Of a stretch of 64,000 nt of DNA, positions 50,393 through 64,000 are shown in pieces (position 1 is the first letter of the stretch; each line of letters opens with the position of its first letter). The stretch covers positions 177,171-241,170 of the forward strand of contig CAXHJY010000442.1 of NCBI GenBank assembly GCA_964016885.1, read 5' to 3'. The notes under the pieces are model-generated. The model saw only the letters and a list, made by a program, of their open reading frames with translations. It was not told the origin of the DNA and made no database searches. A program made the translations under genes and the position numbers. Origin of the DNA: Eledone cirrhosa (taxonomy: Eukaryota).

Positions 50393-53300
50393 AATAGTTG
50401 TGGCTGTGGAACCAAACCGTGTTAAACGTCAACAAAGTCCGCCGGCGAATGGTGTGCTTCGAAGAAAACGAATCCAAAAATGACGATTAGCCGGCGGATT
50501 TACCTTTTCAATCGCGGGCCGGCCGCCCGTGGTCGGATCGATCTGTAATTACTGGTACATGTGCAGACACTCATTGGCTATGTGTGGCGTGAATTTCAGC
50601 AAGATATCTCCGTAAAATCAATAGTTGTGGCTGTGGAACCAAACCGTGTTAAACGTCAACAAAGTCCGCCGGCGAATGGTGTGCTTCGAAGAAAACGAAT
50701 CCAAAAATGACGATTAGCCGGCGGATTTACCTTTTTAATCGCGGGCCGGCCGCCCGCGGTCGGATCGATCTGTAATTACTGGTACATGTGCAGATACTCA
50801 TTGGCTATGTGTGGCGTGAATTTCAGCAAGATATCTCCGTAAAATCAATAGTTGTGGCTGTGGAACCAAACCGTGTTAAACGTCAACAAAGTCCGCCGGC
50901 GAATGGTGTGCTTCGAAGAAAACTAATCCAAAAATGACGATTAGCCGGCGGATTTACCTTTTCAATCGCGGGCCGGCCGCCCGTGGTCGGATCGATCTGT
51001 AATTACTGGTACATGTGCAGACACTCATTGGCTATGTGTGGCGTGAATTTCAGCAAGATATCTCCGTAAAATCAATAGTTGTGGCTGTGGAACCAAACCG
51101 TGTTAAACGTCAACAAAGTCCGCCGGCGAATGGTGTGCTTCGAAGAAAACGAATCCAAAAATGACGATTAGCCGGCGGATTTACCTTTTTAATCGCGGGC
51201 CGGCCGCCCGCGGTCGGATCGATCTGTAATTACTGGTACATGTGCAGATACTCATTGGCTATGTGTGGCGTGAATTTCAGCAAGATATCTCCGTAAAATC
51301 AATAGTTGTGGCTGTGGAACCAAACCGTGTTAAACGTCAACAAAGTCCGCCGGCGAATGGTGTGCTTCGAAGAAAACTAATCCAAAAATGACGATTAGCC
51401 GGCGGATTTACCTTTTCAATCGCGGGCCGGCCGCCCGTGGTCGGATCGATCTGTAATTACTGGTACATGTGCAGACACTCATTGGCTATGTGTGGCGTGA
51501 ATTTCAGCAAGATATCTCCGTAAAATCAATAGTTGTGGCTGTGGAACCAAACCGTGTTAAACGTCAACAAAGTCCGCCGGCGAATGGTGTGCTTCGAAGA
51601 AAACGAATCCAAAAATGACGATTAGCCGGCGGATTTACCTTTTTAATCGCGGGCCGGCCGCCCGCGGTCGGATCGATCTGTAATTACTGGTACATGTGCA
51701 GACACTCATTGGCTATGTGTGGCGTGAATTTCAGCAAGATATCTCCGTAAAATCAATAGTTGTGGCTGTGGAACCAAACCGTGTTAAACGTCAACAAAGT
51801 CCGCCGGCGAATGGTGTGCTTCGAAGAAAACGAATCCAAAAATGACGATTAGCCGGCGGATTTACCTTTTTAATCGCGGGCCGGCCGCCCGCGGTCGGAT
51901 CGATCTGTAATTACTGGTACATGTGCAGATACTCATTGGCTATGTGTGGCGTGAATTTCAGCAAGATATCTCCGTAAAATCAATAGTTGTGGCTGTGGAA
52001 CCAAACCGTGTTAAACGTCAACAAAGTCCGCCGGCGAATGGTGTGCTTCGAAGAAAACTAATCCAAAAATGACGATTAGCCGGCGGATTTACCTTTTCAA
52101 TCGCGGGCCGGCCGCCCGTGGTCGGATCGATCTGTAATTACTGGTACATGTGCAGACACTCATTGGCTATGTGTGGCGTGAATTTCAGCAAGATATCTCC
52201 GTAAAATCAATAGTTGTGGCTGTGGAACCAAACCGTGTTAAACGTCAACAAAGTCCGCCGGCGAATGGTGTGCTTCGAAGAAAACGAATCCAAAAATGAC
52301 GATTAGCCGGCGGATTTACCTTTTCAATCGCGGGCCGGCCGCCCGTGTTCGGATCGATCTGTAATTACTGGTACATGTGCAGACACTCATTGGCTATGTG
52401 TGGCGTGAATTTCAGCAAGATATCTCCGTAAAATCAATAGTTGTGGCTGTGGAACCAAACCGTGTTAAACGTCAACAAAGTCCGCCGGCGAATGGTGTGC
52501 TTCGAAGAAAACGAATCCAAAAATGACGATTAGCCGGCGGATTAACCTTTTTAATCGCGGGCCGGCCGCCCGCGGTCGGATCGATCTGTAATTACTGGTA
52601 CATGTGCAGACACTCATTGGCTATGTGTGGCGTGAATTTCAGCAAGATATCTCCGTAAAATCAATAGTTGTGGCTGTGGAACCAAACCGTGTTAAACGTC
52701 AACAAAGTCCGCCGGCGAATGGTGTGCTTCGAAGAAAACGAATCCAAAAATGACGATTAGCCGGCGGATTTACCTTTTTAATCGCGGGCCGGCCGCCCGC
52801 GGTCGGATCGATCTGTAATTACTGGTACATGTGCAGATACTCATTGGCTATGTGTGGCGTGAATTTCAGCAAGATATCTCCGTAAAATCAATAGTTGTGG
52901 CTGTGGAACCAAACCGTGTTAAACGTCAACAAACTCCGCCGGCGAATGGTGTGCTTCGAAGAAAACGAATCCAAAAATGACGATTAGCCGGCGGATTTAC
53001 CTTTTCAATCGCGGGCCGGCCGCCCGTGGTCGGATCGATCTGTAATTACTGGTACATGTGCAGACACTTATTGGCTATGTGTGGCGTGAATTTCAGCAAG
53101 ATATCTCCGTAAAATCAATAGTTGTGGCTGTGGAACCAAACCGTGTTAAACGTCAACAAAGTCCGCCGGCGAATGGTGTGCTTCGAAGAAAACGAATCCA
53201 AAAATGACGATTAGCCGGCGGATTTACCTTTTTAATCGCGGGCCGGCCGCCCGCGGTCGGATCGATCTGTAATTACTGGTACATGTGCAGATACTCATTG

Positions 53301-56300
53301 GCTATGTGTGGCGTGAATTTCAGCAAGATATCTCCGTAAAATCAATAGTTGTGGCTGTGGAACCAAACCGTGTTAAACGTCAACAAAGTCCGCCGGCGAA
53401 TGGTGTGCTTCGAAGAAAACTAATCCAAAAATGACGATTAGCCGGCGGATTTACCTTTTCAATCGCGGGCCGGCCGCCCGTGGTCGGATCGATCTGTAAT
53501 TACTGGTACATGTGCAGACACTCATTGGCTATGTGTGGCGTGAATTTCAGCAAGATATCTCCGTAAAATCAATAGTTGTGGCTGTGGAACCAAACCGTGT
53601 TAAACGTCAACAAAGTCCGCCGGCGAATGGTGTGCTTCGAAGAAAACGAATCCAAAAATGACGATTAGCCGGCGGATTTACCTTTTTAATCGCGGGCCGG
53701 CCGCCCGCGGTCGGATCGATCTGTAATTACTGGAACATGTGCAGATACTCATTGGCTATGTGTGGCGTGAATTTCAGCAAGATATCTCCGTAAAATCAAT
53801 AGTTGTGGCTGTGGAACCAAACCGTGTTAAACGTCAACAAAGTCCGCCGGCGAATGGTGTGCTTCGAAGAAAACTAATCCAAAAATGACGATTAGCCGGC
53901 GGATTTACCTTTTCAATCGCGGGCCGGCCGCCCGTGGTCGGATCGATCTGTAATTACTGGTACATGTGCAGACACTCATTGGCTATGTGTGGCGTGAATT
54001 TCAGCAAGATATCTCCGTAAAATCAATAGTTGTGGCTGTGGAACCAAACCGTGTTAAACGTCAACAAAGTCCGCCGGCGAATGGTGTGCTTCGAAGAAAA
54101 CGAATCCAAAAATGACGATTAGCCGGCGGATTTACCTTTTTAATCGCGGGCCGGCCGCCCGCGGTCGGATCGATCTGTAATTACTGGTACATGTGCAGAT
54201 ACTCATTGGCTATGTGTGGCGTGAATTTCAGCAAGATATCTCCGTAAAATCAATAGTTGTGGCTGTGGAACCAAACCGTGTTAAACGTCAACAAACTCCG
54301 CCGGCGAATGGTGTGCTTCGAAGAAAACGAATCCAAAAATGACGATTAGCCGGCGGATTTACCTTTTCAATCGCGGGCCGGCCGCCCGTGGTCGGATCGA
54401 TCTGTAATTACTGGTACATGTGCAGACACTCATTGGCTATGTGTGGCGTGAATTTCAGCAAGATATCTCCGTAAAATCAATAGTTGTGGCTGTGGAACCA
54501 AACCGTGTTAAACGTCAACAAAGTCCGCCGGCGAATGGTGTGCTTCGAAGAAAACGAATCCAAAAATGACGATTAGCCGGCGGATTTACCTTTTCAATCG
54601 CGGGCCGGCCGCCCGTGGTCGGATCGATCTGTAATTACTGGTACATGTGCAGACACTTATTGGCTATGTGTGGCGTGAATTTCAGCAAGATATCTCCGTA
54701 AAATCAATAGTTGTGGCTGTGGAACCAAACCGTGTTAAACGTCAACAAAGTCCGCCGGCGAATGGTGTGCTTCGAAGAAAACGAATCCAAAAATGACGAT
54801 TAGCCGGCGGATTTACCTTTTTAATCGCGGGCCGGCCGCCCGCGGTCGGATCGATCTGTAATTACTGGTACATGTGCAGACACTCATTGGCTATGTGTGG
54901 CGTGAATTTCAGCAAGATATCTCCGTAAAATCAATAGTTGTGGCTGTGGAACCAAACCGTGTTAAACGTCAACAAAGTCCGCCGGCGAATGGTGTGCTTC
55001 GAAGAAAACGAATCCAAAAATGACGATTAGCCGGCGGATTTACCTTTTTAATCGCGGGCCGGCCGCCCGCGGTCGGATCGATCTGTAATTACTGGTACAT
55101 GTGCAGACACTCATTGGCTATGTGTGGCGTGAATTTCAGCAAGATATCTCCGTAAAATCAATAGTTGTGGCTGTGGAACCAAACCGTGTTAAACGTCAAC
55201 AAAGTCCGCCGGCGAATGGTGTGCTTCGAAGAAAACGAATCCAAAAATGACGATTAGCCGGCGGATTTACCTTTTTAATCGCGGGCCGGCCGCCCGCGGT
55301 CGGATCGATCTGTAATTACTGGTACATGTGCAGATACTCATTGGCTATGTGTGGCGTGAATTTCAGCAAGATATCTCCGTAAAATCAATAGTTGTGGCTG
55401 TGGAACCAAACCGTGTTAAACGTCAACAAAGTCCGCCGGCGAATGGTGTGCTTCGAAGAAAACTAATCCAAAAATGACGATTAGCCGGCGGATTTACCTT
55501 TTCAATCGCGGGCCGGCCGCCCGTGGTCGGATCGATCTGTAATTACTGGTACATGTGCAGACACTCATTGGCTATGTGTGGCGTGAATTTCAGCAAGATA
55601 TCTCCGTAAAATCAATAGTTGTGGCTGTGGAACCAAACCGTGTTAAACGTCAACAAAGTCCGCCGGCGAATGGTGTGCTTCGAAGAAAACGAATCCAAAA
55701 ATGACGATTAGCCGGCGGATTTACCTTTTCAATCGCGGGCCGGCCGCCCGTGTTCGGATCGATCTGTAATTACTGGTACATGTGCAGACACTCATTGGCT
55801 ATGTGTGGCGTGAATTTCAGCAAGATATCTCCGTAAAATCAATAGTTGTGGCTGTGGAACCAAACCGTGTTAAACGTCAACAAAGTCCGCCGGCGAATGG
55901 TGTGCTTCGAAGAAAACGAATCCAAAAATGACGATTAGCCGGCGGATTAACCTTTTTAATCGCGGGCCGGCCGCCCGCGGTCGGATCGATCTGTAATTAC
56001 TGGTACATGTGCAGACACTCATTGGCTATGTGTGGCGTGAATTTCAGCAAGATATCTCCGTAAAATCAATAGTTGTGGCTGTGGAACCAAACCGTGTTAA
56101 ACGTCAACAAAGTCCGCCGGCGAATGGTGTGCTTCGAAGAAAACGAATCCAAAAATGACGATTAGCCGGCGGATTTACCTTTTTAATCGCGGGCCGGCCG
56201 CCCGCGGTCGGATCGATCTGTAATTACTGGTACATGTGCAGATACTCATTGGCTATGTGTGGCGTGAATTTCAGCAAGATATCTCCGTAAAATCAATAGT

Positions 56301-59300
56301 TGTGGCTGTGGAACCAAACCGTGTTAAACGTCAACAAACTCCGCCGGCGAATGGTGTGCTTCGAAGAAAACGAATCCAAAAATGACGATTAGCCGGCGGA
56401 TTTACCTTTTCAATCGCGGGCCGGCCGCCCGTGGTCGGATCGATCTGTAATTACTGGTACATGTGCAGACACTTATTGGCTATGTGTGGCGTGAATTTCA
56501 GCAAGATATCTCCGTAAAATCAATAGTTGTGGCTGTGGAACCAAACCGTGTTAAACGTCAACAAAGTCCGCCGGCGAATGGTGTGCTTCGAAGAAAACGA
56601 ATCCAAAAATGACGATTAGCCGGCGGATTTACCTTTTTAATCGCGGGCCGGCCGCCCGCGGTCGGATCGATCTGTAATTACTGGTACATGTGCAGATACT
56701 CATTGGCTATGTGTGGCGTGAATTTCAGCAAGATATCTCCGTAAAATCAATAGTTGTGGCTGTGGAACCAAACCGTGTTAAACGTCAACAAAGTCCGCCG
56801 GCGAATGGTGTGCTTCGAAGAAAACGAATCCAAAAATGACGATTAGCCGGCGGATTTACCTTTTTAATCGCGGGCCGGCCGCCCGCGGTCGGATCGATCT
56901 GTAATTACTGGAACATGTGCAGATACTCATTGGCTATGTGTGGCGTGAATTTCAGCAAGATATCTCCGTAAAATCAATAGTTGTGGCTGTGGAACCAAAC
57001 CGTGTTAAACGTCAACAAAGTCCGCCGGCGAATGGTGTGCTTCGAAGAAAACTAATCCAAAAATGACGATTAGCCGGCGGATTTACCTTTTCAATCGCGG
57101 GCCGGCCGCCCGTGGTCGGATCGATCTGTAATTACTGGTACATGTGCAGACACTCATTGGCTATGTGTGGCGTGAATTTCAGCAAGATATCTCCGTAAAA
57201 TCAATAGTTGTGGCTGTGGAACCAAACCGTGTTAAACGTCAACAAAGTCCGCCGGCGAATGGTGTGCTTCGAAGAAAACTAATCCAAAAATGACGATTAG
57301 CCGGCGGATTTACCTTTTCAATCGCGGGCCGGCCGCCCGTGGTCGGATCGATCTGTAATTACTGGTACATGTGCAGACACTCATTGGCTATGTGTGGCGT
57401 GAATTTCAGCAAGATATCTCCGTAAAATCAATAGTTGTGGCTGTGGAACCAAACCGTGTTAAACGTCAACAAAGTCCGCCGGCGAATGGTGTGCTTCGAA
57501 GAAAACGAATCCAAAAATGACGATTAGCCGGCGGATTTACCTTTTTAATCGCGGGCCGGCCGCCCGCGGTCGGATCGATCTGTAATTACTGGTACATGTG
57601 CAGATACTCATTGGCTATGTGTGGCGTGAATTTCAGCAAGATATCTCCGTAAAATCAATAGTTGTGGCTGTGGAACCAAACCGTGTTAAACGTCAACAAA
57701 GTCCGCCGGCGAATGGTGTGCTTCGAAGAAAACTAATCCAAAAATGACGATTAGCCGGCGGATTTACCTTTTCAATCGCGGGCCGGCCGCCCGTGGTCGG
57801 ATCGATCTGTAATTACTGGTACATGTGCAGACACTCATTGGCTATGTGTGGCGTGAATTTCAGCAAGATATCTCCGTAAAATCAATAGTTGTGGCTGTGG
57901 AACCAAACCGTGTTAAACGTCAACAAAGTCCGCCGGCGAATGGTGTGCTTCGAAGAAAACGAATCCAAAAATGACGATTAGCCGGCGGATTTACCTTTTT
58001 AATCGCGGGCCGGCCGCCCGCGGTCGGATCGATCTGTAATTACTGGTACATGTGCAGACACTCATTGGCTATGTGTGGCGTGAATTTCAGCAAGATATCT
58101 CCGTAAAATCAATAGTTGTGGCTGTGGAACCAAACCGTGTTAAACGTCAACAAAGTCCGCCGGCGAATGGTGTGCTTCGAAGAAAACGAATCCAAAAATG
58201 ACGATTAGCCGGCGGATTTACCTTTTTAATCGCGGGCCGGCCGCCCGCGGTCGGATCGATCTGTAATTACTGGTACATGTGCAGATACTCATTGGCTATG
58301 TGTGGCGTGAATTTCAGCAAGATATCTCCGTAAAATCAATAGTTGTGGCTGTGGAACCAAACCGTGTTAAACGTCAACAAAGTCCGCCGGCGAATGGTGT
58401 GCTTCGAAGAAAACTAATCCAAAAATGACGATTAGCCGGCGGATTTACCTTTTCAATCGCGGGCCGGCCGCCCGTGGTCGGATCGATCTGTAATTACTGG
58501 TACATGTGCAGACACTCATTGGCTATGTGTGGCGTGAATTTCAGCAAGATATCTCCGTAAAATCAATAGTTGTGGCTGTGGAACCAAACCGTGTTAAACG
58601 TCAACAAAGTCCGCCGGCGAATGGTGTGCTTCGAAGAAAACGAATCCAAAAATGACGATTAGCCGGCGGATTTACCTTTTCAATCGCGGGCCGGCCGCCC
58701 GTGTTCGGATCGATCTGTAATTACTGGTACATGTGCAGACACTCATTGGCTATGTGTGGCGTGAATTTCAGCAAGATATCTCCGTAAAATCAATAGTTGT
58801 GGCTGTGGAACCAAACCGTGTTAAACGTCAACAAAGTCCGCCGGCGAATGGTGTGCTTCGAAGAAAACGAATCCAAAAATGACGATTAGCCGGCGGATTA
58901 ACCTTTTTAATCGCGGGCCGGCCGCCCGCGGTCGGATCGATCTGTAATTACTGGTACATGTGCAGACACTCATTGGCTATGTGTGGCGTGAATTTCAGCA
59001 AGATATCTCCGTAAAATCAATAGTTGTGGCTGTGGAACCAAACCGTGTTAAACGTCAACAAAGTCCGCCGGCGAATGGTGTGCTTCGAAGAAAACGAATC
59101 CAAAAATGACGATTAGCCGGCGGATTTACCTTTTCAATCGCGGGCCGGCCGCCCGTGTTCGGATCGATCTGTAATTACTGGTACATGTGCAGACACTCAT
59201 TGGCTATGTGTGGCGTGAATTTCAGCAAGATATCTCCGTAAAATCAATAGTTGTGGCTGTGGAACCAAACCGTGTTAAACGTCAACAAAGTCCGCCGGCG

Positions 59301-60153
59301 AATGGTGTGCTTCGAAGAAAACGAATCCAAAAATGACGATTAGCCGGCGGATTAACCTTTTTAATCGCGGGCCGGCCGCCCGCGGTCGGATCGATCTGTA
59401 ATTACTGGTACATGTGCAGACACTCATTGGCTATGTGTGGCGTGAATTTCAGCAAGATATCTCCGTAAAATCAATAGTTGTGGCTGTGGAACCAAACCGT
59501 GTTAAACGTCAACAAAGTCCGCCGGCGAATGGTGTGCTTCGAAGAAAACGAATCCAAAAATGACGATTAGCCGGCGGATTTACCTTTTTAATCGCGGGCC
59601 GGCCGCCCGCGGTCGGATCGATCTGTAATTACTGGTACATGTGCAGACACTCATTGGCTATGTGTGGCGTGAATTTCAGCAAGATATCTCCGTAAAATCA
59701 ATAGTTGTGGCTGTGGAACCAAACCGTGTTAAACGTCAACAAAGTCCGCCGGCGAATGGTGTGCTTCGAAGAAAACGAATCCAAAAATGACGATTAGCCG
59801 GCGGATTTACCTTTTTAATCGCGGGCCGGCCGCCCGCGGTCGGATCGATCTGTAATTACTGGTACATGTGCAGATACTCATTGGCTATGTGTGGCGTGAA
59901 TTTCAGCAAGATATCTCCGTAAAATCAATAGTTGTGGCTGTGGAACCAAACCGTGTTAAACGTCAACAAAGTCCGCCGGCGAATGGTGTGCTTCGAAGAA
60001 AACTAATCCAAAAATGACGATTAGCCGGCGGATTTACCTTTTCAATCGCGGGCCGGCCGCCCGTGGTCGGATCGATCTGTAATTACTGGTACATGTGCAG
60101 ACACTCATTGGCTATGTGTGGCGTGAATTTCAGCAAGATATCTCCGTAAAATC

Positions 60154-63100
60154 AATAGTTGTGGCTGTGGAACCAAACCGTGTTAAACGTCAACAAAGTC
60201 CGCCGGCGAATGGTGTGCTTCGAAGAAAACGAATCCAAAAATGACGATTAGCCGGCGGATTAACCTTTTTAATCGCGGGCCGGCCGCCCGCGGTCGGATC
60301 GATCTGTAATTACTGGTACATGTGCAGACACTCATTGGCTATGTGTGGCGTGAATTTCAGCAAGATATCTCCGTAAAATCAATAGTTGTGGCTGTGGAAC
60401 CAAACCGTGTTAAACGTCAACAAAGTCCGCCGGCGAATGGTGTGCTTCGAAGAAAACGAATCCAAAAATGACGATTAGCCGGCGGATTTACCTTTTTAAT
60501 CGCGGGCCGGCCGCCCGCGGTCGGATCGATCTGTAATTACTGGTACATGTGCAGACACTCATTGGCTATGTGTGGCGTGAATTTCAGCAAGATATCTCCG
60601 TAAAATCAATAGTTGTGGCTGTGGAACCAAACCGTGTTAAACGTCAACAAAGTCCGCCGGCGAATGGTGTGCTTCGAAGAAAACGAATCCAAAAATGACG
60701 ATTAGCCGGCGGATTTACCTTTTTAATCGCGGGCCGGCCGCCCGCGGTCGGATCGATCTGTAATTACTGGTACATGTGCAGATACTCATTGGCTATGTGT
60801 GGCGTGAATTTCAGCAAGATATCTCCGTAAAATCAATAGTTGTGGCTGTGGAACCAAACCGTGTTAAACGTCAACAAAGTCCGCCGGCGAATGGTGTGCT
60901 TCGAAGAAAACTAATCCAAAAATGACGATTAGCCGGCGGATTTACCTTTTCAATCGCGGGCCGGCCGCCCGTGGTCGGATCGATCTGTAATTACTGGTAC
61001 ATGTGCAGACACTCATTGGCTATGTGTGGCGTGAATTTCAGCAAGATATCTCCGTAAAATCAATAGTTGTGGCTGTGGAACCAAACCGTGTTAAACGTCA
61101 ACAAAGTCCGCCGGCGAATGGTGTGCTTCGAAGAAAACGAATCCAAAAATGACGATTAGCCGGCGGATTTACCTTTTCAATCGCGGGCCGGCCGCCCGTG
61201 TTCGGATCGATCTGTAATTACTGGTACATGTGCAGACACTCATTGGCTATGTGTGGCGTGAATTTCAGCAAGATATCTCCGTAAAATCAATAGTTGTGGC
61301 TGTGGAACCAAACCGTGTTAAACGTCAACAAAGTCCGCCGGCGAATGGTGTGCTTCGAAGAAAACGAATCCAAAAATGACGATTAGCCGGCGGATTAACC
61401 TTTTTAATCGCGGGCCGGCCGCCCGCGGTCGGATCGATCTGTAATTACTGGTACATGTGCAGACACTCATTGGCTATGTGTGGCGTGAATTTCAGCAAGA
61501 TATCTCCGTAAAATCAATAGTTGTGGCTGTGGAACCAAACCGTGTTAAACGTCAACAAAGTCCGCCGGCGAATGGTGTGCTTCGAAGAAAACGAATCCAA
61601 AAATGACGATTAGCCGGCGGATTTACCTTTTTAATCGCGGGCCGGCCGCCCGCGGTCGGATCGATCTGTAATTACTGGTACATGTGCAGATACTCATTGG
61701 CTATGTGTGGCGTGAATTTCAGCAAGATATCTCCGTAAAATCAATAGTTGTGGCTGTGGAACCAAACCGTGTTAAACGTCAACAAACTCCGCCGGCGAAT
61801 GGTGTGCTTCGAAGAAAACGAATCCAAAAATGACGATTAGCCGGCGGATTTACCTTTTCAATCGCGGGCCGGCCGCCCGTGGTCGGATCGATCTGTAATT
61901 ACTGGTACATGTGCAGACACTTATTGGCTATGTGTGGCGTGAATTTCAGCAAGATATCTCCGTAAAATCAATAGTTGTGGCTGTGGAACCAAACCGTGTT
62001 AAACGTCAACAAAGTCCGCCGGCGAATGGTGTGCTTCGAAGAAAACGAATCCAAAAATGACGATTAGCCGGCGGATTAACCTTTTTAATCGCGGGCCGGC
62101 CGCCCGCGGTCGGATCGATCTGTAATTACTGGTACATGTGCAGACACTCATTGGCTATGTGTGGCGTGAATTTCAGCAAGATATCTCCGTAAATCAATAG
62201 TTGTGGCTGTGGAACCAAACCGTGTTAAACGTCAACAAAGTCCGCCGGCGAATGGTGTGCTTCGAAGAAAACGAATCCAAAAATGACGATTAGCCGGCGG
62301 ATTTACCTTTTTAATCGCGGGCCGGCCGCCCGCGGTCGGATCGATCTGTAATTACTGGTACATGTGCAGACACTCATTGGCTATGTGTGGCGTGAATTTC
62401 AGCAAGATATCTCCGTAAAATCAATAGTTGTGGCTGTGGAACCAAACCGTGTTAAACGTCAACAAAGTCCGCCGGCGAATGGTGTGCTTCGAAGAAAACG
62501 AATCCAAAAATGACGATTAGCCGGCGGATTTACCTTTTTAATCGCGGGCCGGCCGCCCGCGGTCGGATCGATCTGTAATTACTGGTACATGTGCAGATAC
62601 TCATTGGCTATGTGTGGCGTGAATTTCAGCAAGATATCTCCGTAAAATCAATAGTTGTGGCTGTGGAACCAAACCGTGTTAAACGTCAACAAAGTCCGCC
62701 GGCGAATGGTGTGCTTCGAAGAAAACTAATCCAAAAATGACGATTAGCCGGCGGATTTACCTTTTCAATCGCGGGCCGGCCGCCCGTGGTCGGATCGATC
62801 TGTAATTACTGGTACATGTGCAGACACTCATTGGCTATGTGTGGCGTGAATTTCAGCAAGATATCTCCGTAAAATCAATAGTTGTGGCTGTGGAACCAAA
62901 CCGTGTTAAACGTCAACAAAGTCCGCCGGCGAATGGTGTGCTTCGAAGAAAACGAATCCAAAAATGACGATTAGCCGGCGGATTTACCTTTTCAATCGCG
63001 GGCCGGCCGCCCGTGTTCGGATCGATCTGTAATTACTGGTACATGTGCAGACACTCATTGGCTATGTGTGGCGTGAATTTCAGCAAGATATCTCCGTAAA

Positions 63101-63784
63101 ATCAATAGTTGTGGCTGTGGAACCAAACCGTGTTAAACGTCAACAAAGTCCGCCGGCGAATGGTGTGCTTCGAAGAAAACGAATCCAAAAATGACGATTA
63201 GCCGGCGGATTAACCTTTTTAATCGCGGGCCGGCCGCCCGCGGTCGGATCGATCTGTAATTACTGGTACATGTGCAGACACTCATTGGCTATGTGTGGCG
63301 TGAATTTCAGCAAGATATCTCCGTAAAATCAATAGTTGTGGCTGTGGAACCAAACCGTGTTAAACGTCAACAAAGTCCGCCGGCGAATGGTGTGCTTCGA
63401 AGAAAACGAATCCAAAAATGACGATTAGCCGGCGGATTTACCTTTTTAATCGCGGGCCGGCCGCCCGCGGTCGGATCGATCTGTAATTACTGGTACATGT
63501 GCAGATACTCATTGGCTATGTGTGGCGTGAATTTCAGCAAGATATCTCCGTAAAATCAATAGTTGTGGCTGTGGAACCAAACCGTGTTAAACGTCAACAA
63601 ACTCCGCCGGCGAATGGTGTGCTTCGAAGAAAACGAATCCAAAAATGACGATTAGCCGGCGGATTTACCTTTTCAATCGCGGGCCGGCCGCCCGTGGTCG
63701 GATCGATCTGTAATTACTGGTACATGTGCAGACACTTATTGGCTATGTGTGGCGTGAATTTCAGCAAGATATCTCCGTAAAATC
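60154..63784. repeat. 8-mer higher-order repeat x2
   Basis: G45C at 61787 and 63602 (8 x 227 - 1). The order B109A, B, B176T, A78T, A140T, B109A, B176T, A45C+180T occurs twice. Confidence 0.85.
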
Positions 63785-64000
63785 AATAGTTGTGGCTGTG
63801 GAACCAAACCGTGTTAAACGTCAACAAAGTCCGCCGGCGAATGGTGTGCTTCGAAGAAAACGAATCCAAAAATGACGATTAGCCGGCGGATTTACCTTTT
63901 TAATCGCGGGCCGGCCGCCCGCGGTCGGATCGATCTGTAATTACTGGTACATGTGCAGATACTCATTGGCTATGTGTGGCGTGAATTTCAGCAAGATATC

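Larger units (their letters stand above)
1..64000. repeat. Tandem satellite DNA array, 227-bp monomer, ~282 head-to-tail copies; extends beyond both window edges
   Basis: The motif aatagttgtggctgtggaacc recurs at 1, 228, 455 and onward. Lines 13621 and 27241 restart in exact phase (60 x 227 = 13620). The last monomer starts at 63785 = 281 x 227 + 1 - 3, consistent with only 3 bp of net deletion. No unique sequence or inversion was seen. Confidence 0.99.

Noticed and set aside
1-64000. CRISPR array or repeat-spacer system
   Set aside because: There are no variable spacers, the entire 227 bp repeats, and no cas genes are present.
1-64000. Rolling-circle amplification, assembly artefact or synthetic polylinker concatemer
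   Set aside because: Variants are recurrent, linked and hierarchically nested, as expected from natural duplication history, rather than random errors on one template. No vector sequence is present. Exact copy number still needs read validation.

Overview
The whole 64-kb window is one uninterrupted head-to-tail tandem array (satellite DNA) of a 227-bp monomer. It holds 281 complete copies plus a 216-bp partial copy, all in the same orientation, at about 48.5% GC. Copies differ from each other at only a few positions, and there are only two indels in 64 kb (2 bp at ~28335, 1 bp at ~62192). There are no credible genes: the four ORFs arise from single stop-codon-removing SNPs. I also found no RNA genes, CRISPR spacers or transposon insertions, and I do not recognise the satellite family or host. 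Reading the diagnostic SNPs monomer by monomer shows two linked monomer types (A = C117/T138, B = T117/C138), an emerging 454-bp dimer, nested local higher-order repeats of 5-15 monomers, a 12-monomer block duplicated 22 kb away, and a left/right domain switch near 13.4-15.2 kb. The monomer is rich in dyad symmetry (six perfect 8-bp palindromes, two hairpins) and carries a partial CENP-B-box-like motif that is altered in alternate monomers of the dimer. This architecture fits a young, homogenised (peri)centromeric-type satellite, but that function is inference. Monomer positions are numbered on copy 1 (1-227). Monomer typing was done by eye and may contain occasional errors.
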